DNA of 60,975 nucleotides from a virus (IMGVR_UViG_3300019886_000001:1-60975), one strand, 5' to 3'; positions 26,869 to 37,814 are shown, numbered from the stretch's first letter. Translations and numbers: made by a program. The notes: generated by a model from the sequence alone, not told the origin.

Positions 26869-27344
26869 AATTCTGATTTGTCTAAAAGTATGTACCCAAT
26901 TATTTTGGGATCGTTTATCTGCCTGGTTTTCCTGAACACCCCGATTCCTTCACGGCTCCCATTATCGTTTGTGTTGCCTTCGATGGTGTGAATGATGCCC
27001 TGATCAGGGAACACCCCGGTAACAATGCCCGTGTGTCCTTCACCCCCGCCAAAATCCATGATGAATATTGAACCCTGCACTGGATGATCTAAGTGTGTAC
27101 CCCGGCCTGAATGCCATTCATCCAACACCCCCCCGGTTTGTTTTAAAGGATTGGTTACAGCCAATTTTAGTGCAGCTTGCTTTGCACACCAATAAACAAA
27201 TGACATACACCAAGAATAACCCTTACCAAGTCCGACTGAAGCAAGATATTTTTCAACGGCCGGCCCATCATTATGCCCGGTTGCTTCCCTTACTCCAATT
27301 TGGCTTCCTGCCTGGTTGATTAATTCACTTTCTAATGCTTCCAT
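26865..27344 (-). CDS. CHAP-domain endolysin
   Basis: SWCMSFVYW, GHTGIV, TIEGNT. Confidence 0.85.
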   Translation of the reverse strand: MEALESELINQAGSQIGVREATGHNDGPAVEKYLASVGLGKGYSWCMSFVYWCAKQAALKLAVTNPLKQTGGVLDEWHSGRGTHLDHPVQGSIFIMDFGGGEGHTGIVTGVFPDQGIIHTIEGNTNDNGSREGIGVFRKTRQINDPKIIGYILLDKSEL

Positions 27345-27357
27345 GATATGTTTTTAG

Positions 27358-27774
27358 TTATTTAATTCCCGAAAGATACATATTGCCAAAACGATCTTTG
27401 CGTTCTGTCACACCAATAATTCCATCCCCGGTGATCATTCCAGTTCCTAACTGCTTGAAGTGCTTCATCCGTTCTTCTATCAGCATAAAATGTGCTTCTG
27501 ATTGCTTGTTGGAGTTATCAATTTTGTTGTTCATCAGGATATTATTGATGCTATCGTTTTTAGCCTGATCCTTTATCAGATGATTCAGTTCAATAAGTTG
27601 AATTTTTACATCATTATTGGAATCATGATCTTTGGCTTTACCCAAAAACCACCATGATATAATTGAAGCAATAACGCATATTATCACAATCCCCTGCTTA
27701 ACATTGATGTTGGCAGACAACCTTTCTATATTCTTCACGCTTTCGTGTTGTGCTATTATTTCTTCCCGGCTCAT
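27358..27774 (-). CDS. Single-TM lysis-cassette protein (holin/antiholin-like)
   Basis: One TM helix plus coiled coil, upstream of the endolysin. Confidence 0.5.
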   Translation of the reverse strand: MSREEIIAQHESVKNIERLSANINVKQGIVIICVIASIISWWFLGKAKDHDSNNDVKIQLIELNHLIKDQAKNDSINNILMNNKIDNSNKQSEAHFMLIEERMKHFKQLGTGMITGDGIIGVTERKDRFGNMYLSGIK

Positions 27775-27805
27775 TAGAATATTTTCGCTTTATAAAATTA
27801 ATAAT

Positions 27806-29608
27806 TTATGGATTAGTTAATGCAAAACCATTTGAATTAAGTGTTGCAGGTCCAGTTAGGGTGTATGTTCCTTTAACAGATACGTTGCCTAACAGTTTCT
27901 TGGCACCTGAACCTTGAAGTGTTAAGTTTTTGTAACCCGGAGTTGGATCACCCGGAACCTTAATATCCTGGTTGCCTGCAAGCCCGTAAATCCATGTGTT
28001 TGTTGCCTGGTTGCAATACAGTTTACCAAGTGTTGCCATTGGTGCAGTTGCATTTTGATAATTTAAGAGGCCCCGATGATCTAAAATAGAATTGGCATTG
28101 TTACCATCAATTGTGCCTGTTAAAGTAAGTACATTAGTAAGCAACCCGGCAAACGTAACCGTTATAGCACCTGATATTATTATGTTATTCACTATGGTAA
28201 ACCCTGTCCAAATTACATTTTGGTTGTTTGTTGAAAACGTGATATTTCCAGTGCCAAAATTAAGAAGTGTGGCATTTATAGCATTTGCCGTTAAACCGCC
28301 TCTGAATTCAATTGTTGGATTGCCCCCCGAAAAGTCAGATATACCACCATTGTCAAAGTTTACTAATCCAACAAATATCAATGCCCCGGCACCTGTTTTG
28401 GAAATTTTACCATTATTACCACTTAATGTTGTTCCTGTAACAGTGAGATTAAATGTACTGCATTCAAGTATACATCCTGTTCCACCGCTATTATTGTTTA
28501 AAGTTCCGGCAATAGTTGTGTTTCCTGCCAAAGTTTTTGTTCCAACGCCAAATAATGTAATGCTTTGAAAAGATGTATATGGTAAAGTATAGCTTCCTGT
28601 TATTAAAAATTCCAATGTGCTTGAAGCACCATGCATGTAGTTATAAATGCCTGTACTCATAATGTTACCCATTACGGTTGTACTGTTGTACCTGATTATG
28701 CCATCATTATTCAATGTTGATAAAGAAGATAACCCTGTAATGGTGGTGGTGAAATTCATCCTTCCATTATTTGTTAAAGTTATCCCGGCTGCAATAGTTG
28801 TTGTACCTGTAAATGATATGTATGAATTACTGCTGAATGCCTGGTTATTGGTGGTAAATTTAATATTACCAGTGCCCATAACGATAGATGTTGAATTATC
28901 AGTTGCCCAACCGTTTTGAAATTCAATATCACCATTACCTGAAAAGTTAAATGTTGCACCATTATTGGTGGTTTGAGGACCTTTAAAAAGGGTATATCCT
29001 GTTGAACCTAATCTTCTTATTGTGCTTGCAGAAACGCCGTTGTTACTTACAATAGCATTACCATTGACAGTAAAATCAAATGTGCTTAAATCAAGTGTGC
29101 CGTTTGATGAATTGAATGCATTGCCTATTGTAGTATTGGCAGCTAAGAAGCGAAGCCCTGAACCTGATATGGTAAGGTTGTAATAATTTACAGGTGCAAG
29201 AAGCTGATCACCATTCCATGCATAAGTTACCCTGGAAACACCTGCAATAAAATTCGGGAAAACATTATAATAGCTATTCAGAAGAAGTGAAACATCCGAA
29301 CCTGAAAAATCTAATGTTCCCGTTGCCTGTAATGTTCCATTGATGGTTAATGTCCGGGTTGTCATTCCATCAACCTTTAGTGTACCCCCAACAATTAGTT
29401 GGTTTAGAGCAACGGATGTATCAAGTGTGACAACATGATTGATATACACGTTGTCACCTGGTTGTGGTGAAGTATGGATGTGCTTATCCAGGCCGGGTGA
29501 AATCCAAATATTCGGATCACTCCAATTGCCATCATTAAGTGTGTACCAAGTATTGAATCTTCTTGTTACGAATACATTAAAATGAACCTGGTTAATCGGA
29601 TATTCCAT
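27806..29608 (-). CDS. Tail spike/receptor-binding beta-solenoid protein
   Basis: GNWSDPNIW..PQPGDNVYINH; repeated YNLTISGSG-type, G/N/T-rich beta repeats. Confidence 0.65.
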   Translation of the reverse strand: MEYPINQVHFNVFVTRRFNTWYTLNDGNWSDPNIWISPGLDKHIHTSPQPGDNVYINHVVTLDTSVALNQLIVGGTLKVDGMTTRTLTINGTLQATGTLDFSGSDVSLLLNSYYNVFPNFIAGVSRVTYAWNGDQLLAPVNYYNLTISGSGLRFLAANTTIGNAFNSSNGTLDLSTFDFTVNGNAIVSNNGVSASTIRRLGSTGYTLFKGPQTTNNGATFNFSGNGDIEFQNGWATDNSTSIVMGTGNIKFTTNNQAFSSNSYISFTGTTTIAAGITLTNNGRMNFTTTITGLSSLSTLNNDGIIRYNSTTVMGNIMSTGIYNYMHGASSTLEFLITGSYTLPYTSFQSITLFGVGTKTLAGNTTIAGTLNNNSGGTGCILECSTFNLTVTGTTLSGNNGKISKTGAGALIFVGLVNFDNGGISDFSGGNPTIEFRGGLTANAINATLLNFGTGNITFSTNNQNVIWTGFTIVNNIIISGAITVTFAGLLTNVLTLTGTIDGNNANSILDHRGLLNYQNATAPMATLGKLYCNQATNTWIYGLAGNQDIKVPGDPTPGYKNLTLQGSGAKKLLGNVSVKGTYTLTGPATLNSNGFALTNP

Positions 29609-29612
29609 TTTC

Positions 29613-30047
29613 TTAAAAGTCCCTACGTTTTACCCTGATATAAACATCAGCCGTTAAAGCTGCTTTGTTGCGTACATAGATTGATATTGCTGTTTCCAGG
29701 CCAATGATTCTGTTGCCTGCAAGATCAATATCAAATAATTGCGGTGCAAGTGCAGCCAATGATGCCAAAGGTACAACACCATTATTACCTGCATTTATTG
29801 GAATAGCAATTTGGCATACGTTATTTTCAACCGTTGCATTTGATCCTGTTGCACAAATGATAATATCAAAATTCCTGATGTTAATTCCATCAAGACTTCT
29901 GAAAAGTATATCAGTTACAGCACTTGCATGTGAAGCCCCGGTGCATATCAGCGTATCAGTATTGATTGATAAACCTGAAGCAAGCTTTGTTGCAACCAGG
30001 TTACAGGTAAGGGTTGCAAAACTTTTGGTATTTGATGAAGAATCCAT
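29613..30047 (-). CDS. Tail-associated protein
   Basis: Lies between the fibre genes. Confidence 0.55.
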   Translation of the reverse strand: MDSSSNTKSFATLTCNLVATKLASGLSINTDTLICTGASHASAVTDILFRSLDGINIRNFDIIICATGSNATVENNVCQIAIPINAGNNGVVPLASLAALAPQLFDIDLAGNRIIGLETAISIYVRNKAALTADVYIRVKRRDF

Positions 30048-31945
30048 TATAGTGTTGTTTGAAAGAAGTTATATGAAATTTGGGTTGTTGCTGTTGCTGT
30101 ATCCACATAAGCAGTTGTTGCAAGCTTTGTACTATTATCGTTTGCTGATGGTGTTGGTGCGGTCGGTGTGCCGGTGAATGCAGGTGATACGGTGTATCTT
30201 GTATCTAATGCTGATAAAGGCAAATCATCAGAAACAACATACCATATACCGCTTTTATAGAGTAATAAAAGCCCCTGGTTAACCAAAGGCAACGTTAATG
30301 ATGTTGAACCACCCGCTTTATTGAACACATCAGAACCACCGGCATTGATAGTAACAATGTTTGTTCCACCCTGTATAATATGCTTTATACCAATTTGGGA
30401 CTGATCAGCAGGTGTAGTTGGTAAAGTAATTACTATAGCCCCGGATGTGGTATTAACAGGAACAAAATCATTTACTGCTGCATTGTAATTGGCTGTCTTA
30501 ACTGCTGTTGGATTCAGTGCAACCACTATATGGTTCAGATTCCATTCCAGTTTTTCCAAACCTGTTAAAATGGTATCAGATGAAGAAAGGTTTCCCCCTG
30601 AAGTTGATGAATACCCGGTTAAAGGTCCACCGGCAAAGAATAAACCAGTGATTTGTGCCTGAAGCTTGCCAATAGCAACAAGAATTGAATCTGCTGCTGT
30701 AACTGCTGCTGCACTGCCAAAGCTTATGCCTGCTAATAACGTAGCAAGTACCCTGGCTGTTGTGAAGTAAAGATTTGATCCTTCAGTAAGATCAGCAGTT
30801 GTTTTTGTGGCAAGATCAGTATTGAATAAGGAAGTGTGGTAATACTTATTGGTTGAACCTTCGCCAATATCATCAGTATCAAGAACAACGGCACCCACTT
30901 GTGAATTCACACTGGATACTGCACCCGAACCACTGCTTAATATCCAAGCAGTATCATTAACATCCCAAATATAGGTTTGGGCATCAACACCAATACCGGC
31001 ATCAACCGTTGCATAATCCCCGGCAACACCTGTTGGGAAAGCTGCCTGCAACGCTGAAAGGCTTGCAAAATATCCTTTATAATGTTCAGATAATGCAGCA
31101 AGTTTGGATTTTTCAGCAGATGTATAGTTTTCATCTGATAGTTGTTTGCCAACAACCTTATCAACCTTTGTGCCTAATGCAGTATTTAATGCAGTATTAT
31201 CAGTGGGATCACCTGCAAGTTCAGAAAATTCAATATCACCCCATTCTGTATTTTGATCGGTGTTATCAATTTTCTTTAATGCTTGTGCTGTTGTACCACC
31301 ATCAGGAACGCCCGGACCTATTGGGCCAACCAGGGTGAAACCCGTTCCCCAAACCCCTGCTGCTTTCGGGCCAAAGATGGCTATGGTTGCAGAATTAATA
31401 TAGAAGTCACCGTTTACACCAATGAAGTTTGAAGGGTTTGATGTGCCGTGTAAAACCGTATTGCCGTTTGTTCCATTAGTACCATTGGCACCGGCTGTTC
31501 CCTGGGGGCCTTGTGGACCTGTTGCCATGCTGAACACTTGTGTCCAAGCACCTGAAGCTTTTTGATAGAAGATACCTGTTAAAGTATCGATGTAGCTATC
31601 ACCGTTCTTTCCAGTGCCGGAACTTGGAACGCTTGTGCCGTAAAGCATTGTTCCATCACCGGCCGGGTTGAATGTATAAGCAACCGCCCAAACACCACCT
31701 GCTTTTTGATAGAAGGCAACACTATTGGTTTTGAAAAACACATCACCATTATCACCATCAGTATTTTGTGGAACAACAGTGCCGAATGTGAATTTTGCGC
31801 CAACAGATATGGAAGCTGTTACCAGGGCAACCAATAAATCAAAATCGAATTTAAGGTTAGCACCTGCATGAACCAATACACCTAAATCAGCCCCCAATAC
31901 CTGGGATGCTGCGGGTAACTGGCTTATTTTTTTATCTGTTGCCAT
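30047..31945 (-). CDS. Tail fibre protein
   Basis: MATDKKISQLP start, 3x G..P...G.NGD.YI repeats, collagen GXY, SVNSQVGAVVL, D..EGS.N.Y x2, SPAFTGTPTAP. Confidence 0.8.
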   Translation of the reverse strand: MATDKKISQLPAASQVLGADLGVLVHAGANLKFDFDLLVALVTASISVGAKFTFGTVVPQNTDGDNGDVFFKTNSVAFYQKAGGVWAVAYTFNPAGDGTMLYGTSVPSSGTGKNGDSYIDTLTGIFYQKASGAWTQVFSMATGPQGPQGTAGANGTNGTNGNTVLHGTSNPSNFIGVNGDFYINSATIAIFGPKAAGVWGTGFTLVGPIGPGVPDGGTTAQALKKIDNTDQNTEWGDIEFSELAGDPTDNTALNTALGTKVDKVVGKQLSDENYTSAEKSKLAALSEHYKGYFASLSALQAAFPTGVAGDYATVDAGIGVDAQTYIWDVNDTAWILSSGSGAVSSVNSQVGAVVLDTDDIGEGSTNKYYHTSLFNTDLATKTTADLTEGSNLYFTTARVLATLLAGISFGSAAAVTAADSILVAIGKLQAQITGLFFAGGPLTGYSSTSGGNLSSSDTILTGLEKLEWNLNHIVVALNPTAVKTANYNAAVNDFVPVNTTSGAIVITLPTTPADQSQIGIKHIIQGGTNIVTINAGGSDVFNKAGGSTSLTLPLVNQGLLLLYKSGIWYVVSDDLPLSALDTRYTVSPAFTGTPTAPTPSANDNSTKLATTAYVDTATATTQISYNFFQTTL

Positions 31946-32823
31946 TAAATTAAGCCCCCTATGTTAAAGAAATCACCATCATAACCACCGAAACCATTTC
32001 CACCATTTGGATAATTGAATTGTGTTTTATCAATCTGCCTGATTCTTGGGCCTGCCTGCCTGGATGTAGCGTTTTTCTGATTCATCATCCATTTTGTAAA
32101 GTCCTTTCTATGATCATACAGATATTTTATTACTTCATTTGCATGTGCATTGGCAACACTTCTTTGCTGTTGTACCAATTTTACGGTATCAGATACACTT
32201 AATGCTGTTGCATTATCATGTATTTTTGTAACCGGGCCTGTTGCTGTATACCTTACTGCATCCGCTTCAATGAACCGGGCAAAGGTATTATAAACCAACA
32301 TTGGGATCATACCTTCATAAAATATATCATTACCCCGATTATCCACATATTCAACCCCGTTATACAGGTCCATAAATGCTTGTGGGGTATCAGGAAGAAA
32401 TACCAGGTCGGGACTTAATGAAAGTACGGTGAACAATGCACCTGGAAGATCAGCACACGTAAATGTGTCGTTCACTTCAAACTGCACACCGATGTTTTTA
32501 ATAACAACGGCTGTTACCAATCCCCCGGCAACCACAAATGATGCTATTGCCTGCACACCTTCGCCTGTTGTAACAATATTTTTATTGGTATATGTTCCAT
32601 CTGCTGCTGAAGTTGCAGGTGTGGTGATGGCAACCGTGCCAATGCCCGAATTTGAGCACCATTTTATAAACTGATAATACAGTGGATGCCCAAAGAATGG
32701 TTTCAAATCAAGATCCTGCATCTTCCTGATGAATACAGTAAGTCTTTTATCCTTTACGTTTATGGAAATATCTTCATATTCACTGAACGTACCGGCATTT
32801 ATGGTGTGTATCTGATTAGGCAT
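31945..32823 (-). CDS. Head-tail adaptor with inserted beta domain
   Basis: Follows the portal; QDLDLKPFFGHPLY...AHANEVIKYL pattern. Confidence 0.6.
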   Translation of the reverse strand: MPNQIHTINAGTFSEYEDISINVKDKRLTVFIRKMQDLDLKPFFGHPLYYQFIKWCSNSGIGTVAITTPATSAADGTYTNKNIVTTGEGVQAIASFVVAGGLVTAVVIKNIGVQFEVNDTFTCADLPGALFTVLSLSPDLVFLPDTPQAFMDLYNGVEYVDNRGNDIFYEGMIPMLVYNTFARFIEADAVRYTATGPVTKIHDNATALSVSDTVKLVQQQRSVANAHANEVIKYLYDHRKDFTKWMMNQKNATSRQAGPRIRQIDKTQFNYPNGGNGFGGYDGDFFNIGGLI

Positions 32824-34201
32824 TTTCTTCAGGGATTAATGGTTTGTTAGGATCAGGTATTGGTGGTGTGCCCGGTGCCGGTGCAACTGGCTTCATTTTT
32901 TCCATTTCTTCATCCGATGGAACAATTGCAATTGCATCCGCTTCACTGAAGCCATACGCATACATCAAAGCTGCTACTTTATTGGCAGCAGGTATTGGTG
33001 TAATCAAAAGTTCATTGATGTTTTGCCCGGCAACTTTACCAATGGCATCTTCAGCAATGCTTTCAGGGATTGGTTCAATGTTAAGTTGCTCAATTGAAAT
33101 AGGCTGTGTGAAGTTCTTCAGCAGTTCGGCCAACGCTTCAACAATTTCCAAGCGATCTATGGCCGTGTTATCATTGAATTCCCTGATGGCTTCTTTCTTT
33201 TCGCTTCCAGGATCACTTAACCCGGCTTTCTGATTGCTTGTGCTAACCAGGGCTTGTGGAACGGAAAAACCTTTGATTATCCTGGCTTCAACAGATGCTT
33301 CAGTGGATTCAAACAACTTATCATTGTTTTGAATAGAATAGGGCTTGAATTCAGGCTTATCTTCATCATCTTCATATTCGATAACGATAATTTTTTGAGC
33401 ACTTTTTGCCCCCTGGAATTTGCCCAAATCCTTTTCAAGCTGTGATGGTGTGTTTGCACTTGGGTATGTACCTGAATCAGCATTTGAATTATCGGCTTCT
33501 TCCCTACGTGAACGCATGAACAACATTGTTGAAGGCAGGAAGCCGGTTGTTACTTCCCGGTTATTGAAAACCTTTATCCCGGCTTCAGTTTCAAAATCTT
33601 CCCAAACGCTATCAGCTTCAATTAGTGGGTAAACATCAATTTCAGGATTGAAGTAATATAGTTGGCCCAAATAATTATTCCATCCACCACCATCAATGAT
33701 TTGCTGTTTGATCACTTTAGGATCAGGATTGTAAGGATCTAAACATTTGATTCTTGACTTGGTGATGTTCTTCCAGGTTCTACGGCCCCAATCAGGGTAA
33801 AGCATGAACTTACCCGTGTTAACAGGATTATCAGTATCACCCATCCTGATGTTTTCAAATGAAACATAGTTAAGTTCCACCACCTTATAATTGGCATTGT
33901 AGTTTACATGAATGCCAAAGGCCCTGAACAATGCTTTATCCCGGCCAATGGCAATTCGTAATTTATTAAGGGTTAATCCTGAACGATTGATAACCAATTT
34001 ACCTGTTTCATCATCTTCAAACTTTTGCCCGGCAATGAACTTGGCACGTTTGTTCCAACAGTCTTTTGCAGTCGGGCTTTGGCCAACCAATTCAAGCATC
34101 CTTTGTGGGTATGCATTGTCATAGTCATAATTCAGTATACCCCAACCCTGGTTTGGCCGAACAAAAATCCTGGGTTCAATTTGTGGTAAATAGGTTTTCA
34201 T
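32816..34201 (-). CDS. Portal protein
   Basis: YDYDNAYPQ..SPTA; GF.PS; FQGAKSA..IIVIE; size and context. Confidence 0.75.
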   Translation of the reverse strand: MKTYLPQIEPRIFVRPNQGWGILNYDYDNAYPQRMLELVGQSPTAKDCWNKRAKFIAGQKFEDDETGKLVINRSGLTLNKLRIAIGRDKALFRAFGIHVNYNANYKVVELNYVSFENIRMGDTDNPVNTGKFMLYPDWGRRTWKNITKSRIKCLDPYNPDPKVIKQQIIDGGGWNNYLGQLYYFNPEIDVYPLIEADSVWEDFETEAGIKVFNNREVTTGFLPSTMLFMRSRREEADNSNADSGTYPSANTPSQLEKDLGKFQGAKSAQKIIVIEYEDDEDKPEFKPYSIQNNDKLFESTEASVEARIIKGFSVPQALVSTSNQKAGLSDPGSEKKEAIREFNDNTAIDRLEIVEALAELLKNFTQPISIEQLNIEPIPESIAEDAIGKVAGQNINELLITPIPAANKVAALMYAYGFSEADAIAIVPSDEEMEKMKPVAPAPGTPPIPDPNKPLIPEENA

Positions 34202-34210
34202 CAGGTCGGA

Positions 34211-34552
34211 TTATGGAAGTTTATCAAAAAGTACTTTTACGTGGGGATAGTTTTTAATGTAAGCTGCTGCATTTTCATCAGTAAGGTTATCATTATTGAA
34301 AAGCTTATCCCCTTGTACAAATTGGTGGTTGCCTGGCTTCAGGATATATTTCTTTTCTGAATAGGAAGCATTCCCGGCTTCTATTTCCAATTTGCGAAGT
34401 ACTTTCCTTAGATCGGTGATTGCCCTGGCTTCACACTTGGGGCAATCTTCAATATCCTTTGAGTAATAAAGGGAATATAATTCCTTTAATTTGGTCTTAT
34501 CCCGCTTTGAAGGGTCCAACCAATCTTCCAAAAACTGTTTCAGTTCTTCCAT
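34211..34552 (-). CDS. Hypothetical structural-module protein
   Basis: CPKC; FNNDNLTDE.A..YI. Confidence 0.6.
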   Translation of the reverse strand: MEELKQFLEDWLDPSKRDKTKLKELYSLYYSKDIEDCPKCEARAITDLRKVLRKLEIEAGNASYSEKKYILKPGNHQFVQGDKLFNNDNLTDENAAAYIKNYPHVKVLFDKLP

Positions 34553-34570
34553 GATTTTTTAGTTTAAAAT

Positions 34571-34600
34571 AAAAAAGGGTGGGATTTTATTTCCCACCCC
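34571..34600 (-). terminator. Terminator after the capsid and tail-tube genes
   Basis: gggtggga/tcccaccc stem plus T6. Confidence 0.75.
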
Positions 34601-34626
34601 TAAATTAAGTTTAATTTTCTGAAGCT

Positions 34627-35211
34627 TTATGCAGCCGGTATACAAAGTGCTTCCAATGCTGCCAAAGTGAGTGCGTATGTGCCCGGTGATCCTATGGAAA
34701 CACAACGTGGTAACATTGGCTCCCTTAGTTTTGGCCGGTTGGTTAACTTCATGTTATACCCACCACCAAAGTTATCATCAGATGCATTACGTTCACTTCC
34801 ATCATCCATTAAGCCGTTCACACAACCAAATAGTTCAAAGATGGAATCACCGTCACGGTAATTATTAACAGCTATGGCCTGAAGGTTGGCATTACCCATT
34901 GCCTGAATTTGAGTTTTTATATCACTGGATATACCTGCAATGTTAAAATCAATTTCTTCAGTATAACGGGAACCAACGCTTGTACGAACGCTTTTTGAAA
35001 TAGTATTGAAGCTGTTATTGGTGCCCAAATACTTATACATTAACGATGTACCCACACGGGTAATGGCTGTAATCAACAATGGATTGCCTGAATCGAAAGT
35101 GAATGTGAAATCACCCATGTTGAACAGGTAAAGTACATCATCAACGCCTTGTGCAATAGGATCATTGGCACAAATATCAAACCCATCGGATATTTTATCA
35201 CATAATGGCAT
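34627..35211 (-). CDS. Putative major tail (tube) protein
   Basis: Directly after the capsid gene and before a terminator; C..IS.G..C..GVD..LY.FN pattern. Confidence 0.55.
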   Translation of the reverse strand: MPLCDKISDGFDICANDPIAQGVDDVLYLFNMGDFTFTFDSGNPLLITAITRVGTSLMYKYLGTNNSFNTISKSVRTSVGSRYTEEIDFNIAGISSDIKTQIQAMGNANLQAIAVNNYRDGDSIFELFGCVNGLMDDGSERNASDDNFGGGYNMKLTNRPKLREPMLPRCVSIGSPGTYALTLAALEALCIPAA

Positions 35212-35232
35212 GGTTTGTTTCTCCTTTACTGA

Positions 35233-36456
35233 TTAAAATGATAAATAAAATAATTCGTTTCCGAACTTAAAGTTCACGGCTGCTTTCATACGAGCCTTCA
35301 TACGAACCACATCATCATTGGTATACGGTTTAAGGTAAACAGTTGATAAGGACGATTCATCACCTAATAAATCCACACCCAAGAATAGGTTGGAAGCACG
35401 GGCACCCAACAGGGTATTTGCCTGCCAATGGTTCATGATCTGTAACGGCATGCCCAAATAATCCATTTTCTTAACATCGGTGAACGCATTCAGTACATTC
35501 ACTGCTTTTTCAGCTTGTGCCTGTGCGTATGCGTATGCTACGTGGAAAGGGATCATCAGGTTAAAATCATCCTGGGTACGATCAGCAGGATCAAGTTGAG
35601 CATAAACCCATTTCAACACCTGAAGCACGTTGCTTGCATTGATGAAGGTTAAGGTTGCAGCAGTTGCAGCCGAACCGCCAAAAGTTGCAGCTAAACGGGT
35701 GTTAACATCGTTATAGTTACGGATTAACTTGATATGGGTAGCGTCAATAACCTGGATGAAATAAGAGGTTGGAACAACTGCATTCAATAATGCAATACTT
35801 CCACCGCCTGTTGTTTCAGTCAAGGCACCTGCTGTAACCTGAACGGTAACAACATCACCATCCTGATATTTGGTTGAATCAGCCACAAGAACAATACCTG
35901 TTGTTGCGATAGCAGTAACCACTTCAGAAGTGTTTGCTTTACCTGCCAGGTGTACTTTAAAAGGACTTGTTGCAGCAGCTATTGAAGGCAACAGACCTGG
36001 GAAAGCAGCAGTAAATGTTGCTTCCTTAGTTGCACCTTTACCCAACCAATACAAACGGTCGTTTGCAATTTGGATTTTGGTTAAATAACGATTAACCATG
36101 TGATCAGAAAGATCAACAACACCTTCGTAATCTGCAAATGAACCTGGTTTAATGGATTGGCTTTCCCATGATTGGATAAGCTTATCCCACTGTTCCTGTT
36201 TCATGAACTCATACACAACCGGGTCAAGGTAGCTTTCATTCTGCAATGCAGTAGTACCCTGATCATTGAACACCCCGGAAGGGTCCTGAAATTTCACTTC
36301 ATCATCAGCATCTAATAGAATCTTACGCGCCTTTACATCAGTAAGAACGGTAATTAAACCCCTGGTTACGGTATCAGCCTCTAATAGAGTTGAAGCCATA
36401 AAACCGGCTAATGCTGCACCGGCATAGGTGTTGTTTGAAAAAGTAAATTGTGCCAT
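35233..36456 (-). CDS. Major capsid protein with inserted domain
   Basis: NTYAG start, IQIANDRLYWLG, FPGLL, ASNLFLGVDLLGD; downstream of the protease. Confidence 0.8.
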   Translation of the reverse strand: MAQFTFSNNTYAGAALAGFMASTLLEADTVTRGLITVLTDVKARKILLDADDEVKFQDPSGVFNDQGTTALQNESYLDPVVYEFMKQEQWDKLIQSWESQSIKPGSFADYEGVVDLSDHMVNRYLTKIQIANDRLYWLGKGATKEATFTAAFPGLLPSIAAATSPFKVHLAGKANTSEVVTAIATTGIVLVADSTKYQDGDVVTVQVTAGALTETTGGGSIALLNAVVPTSYFIQVIDATHIKLIRNYNDVNTRLAATFGGSAATAATLTFINASNVLQVLKWVYAQLDPADRTQDDFNLMIPFHVAYAYAQAQAEKAVNVLNAFTDVKKMDYLGMPLQIMNHWQANTLLGARASNLFLGVDLLGDESSLSTVYLKPYTNDDVVRMKARMKAAVNFKFGNELFYLSF

Positions 36457-36485
36457 TGGATTTTATAGTTTTCTTTAATTAGAGG

Positions 36486-37814
36486 TTAAACAGTTTTAAT
36501 GCCCTTGTTTTTCACTGCTTGCATAGCAGCATTGGCAGCAAGGGAACCTTCAGCCGGTTGTTTGATGTTAGACTTATCACCTGCAACAACAGTCCGTGTT
36601 TGGCGGGTTTGGTTTTCAGGTTTGTAAGTCGAAAGGATTTGATCCTTCACTTCATCTTCTGTAAGTTTCACGGCTGCGTTACTTACTTTCAACTGATCCC
36701 TTAATTCCAGAATCATAGCAGCTTTTTCACCATCTGCTTTAGTAACTTCAGCAAGCTTTTTGATAGTTGCGTTCATTACCTTTTTGGTGCCAACAGATTT
36801 TTTCAGTTGGATGCCGTGCTGATTCAGAACGTTTTTAACGGGTTCAGCTTTATTTTCAGCATCAAGTTCATCATCATCCATTTCATCATCATCTGCTGCA
36901 TTTGCAACACCTGCAATGTTTTCAATAGCACCATTCTTTACAGACATAGTGACTTTTTTATTGGAAGCTGAATCTTCAACTTCAATATCATCATCATTCA
37001 TGGCTGTTTCCAATTCGGCTGAATTAAAAACCTTTGTACCTTTAACCAGGTTACCAACAAAGAAAATATCACCTTTATTGGTGGTTAATTTGTTAGTTGA
37101 CAGCTTGAAAAAGTTCATTACTTTGGCAAGCGCACCATCATTTTTGTTTACGATGGCTTCAATTTCTTCTTTTGTCATTTCGTTTTCAATTTGTGCCGTT
37201 TCAGGCTGCTTAACTAATATGTGATTTATTACTTGTTTGTACTTTAAGGGTGCAGTTGCAATTCTGTTAAGAACCACTGCTGCATTTTTAACAGGTTCAC
37301 CGGCTTCTTCAGCATAATCTTCAACATCGGTGCAGAATTTCAGGGCCAATGCTTCTTCAGCAGATAACCAGGTGGTGTTATTAACCATTTCGGTTACTTT
37401 CTCAATATCAAGCCCGGTAACATCAGCCCAAATTGCAATTACGTTATCAGTGCACTTTTGAACCATTGAAGAATCAGTGATTAGTGATTTTGAATCACCG
37501 GCTGTTACTATACTTGCCGGGTGAATCATCAGTAATGAATACTTAGACATTGTACGCTTGCTGCCTGCTGCAAACACGGTTGCTGCTGCTGATCCTGCAA
37601 CAGATATACAGATGGTGTGAACATTACCTGCATACTTTTTCAGAAGATCATAAAGGGCAACTGCATCAAAGTGGGAACCACCAAGTGAAGAAATATCAAT
37701 TTCAATATCATCACCACTTGCACATTCCAACTGCCAACGGATAAATTCCAGTGACATACTTCCAGTGCCTATGCAATCGTATTCAGTATCGAAAAGAGAT
37801 ATTTTGAAAGCCAT
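36486..37814 (-). CDS. ClpP-type prohead protease fused to scaffold
   Basis: ISSLGG, AGSAAA, LLMIHP, TWLSAEEA; acidic, coiled C-terminus. Confidence 0.85.
   Translation of the reverse strand: MAFKISLFDTEYDCIGTGSMSLEFIRWQLECASGDDIEIDISSLGGSHFDAVALYDLLKKYAGNVHTICISVAGSAAATVFAAGSKRTMSKYSLLMIHPASIVTAGDSKSLITDSSMVQKCTDNVIAIWADVTGLDIEKVTEMVNNTTWLSAEEALALKFCTDVEDYAEEAGEPVKNAAVVLNRIATAPLKYKQVINHILVKQPETAQIENEMTKEEIEAIVNKNDGALAKVMNFFKLSTNKLTTNKGDIFFVGNLVKGTKVFNSAELETAMNDDDIEVEDSASNKKVTMSVKNGAIENIAGVANAADDDEMDDDELDAENKAEPVKNVLNQHGIQLKKSVGTKKVMNATIKKLAEVTKADGEKAAMILELRDQLKVSNAAVKLTEDEVKDQILSTYKPENQTRQTRTVVAGDKSNIKQPAEGSLAANAAMQAVKNKGIKTV

Noticed and set aside
27806-31945. Tail fibre/spike genes as DGR targets
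   Set aside because: No TR-like sequence or GFS...VGARL motif found by eye; a computational search should confirm
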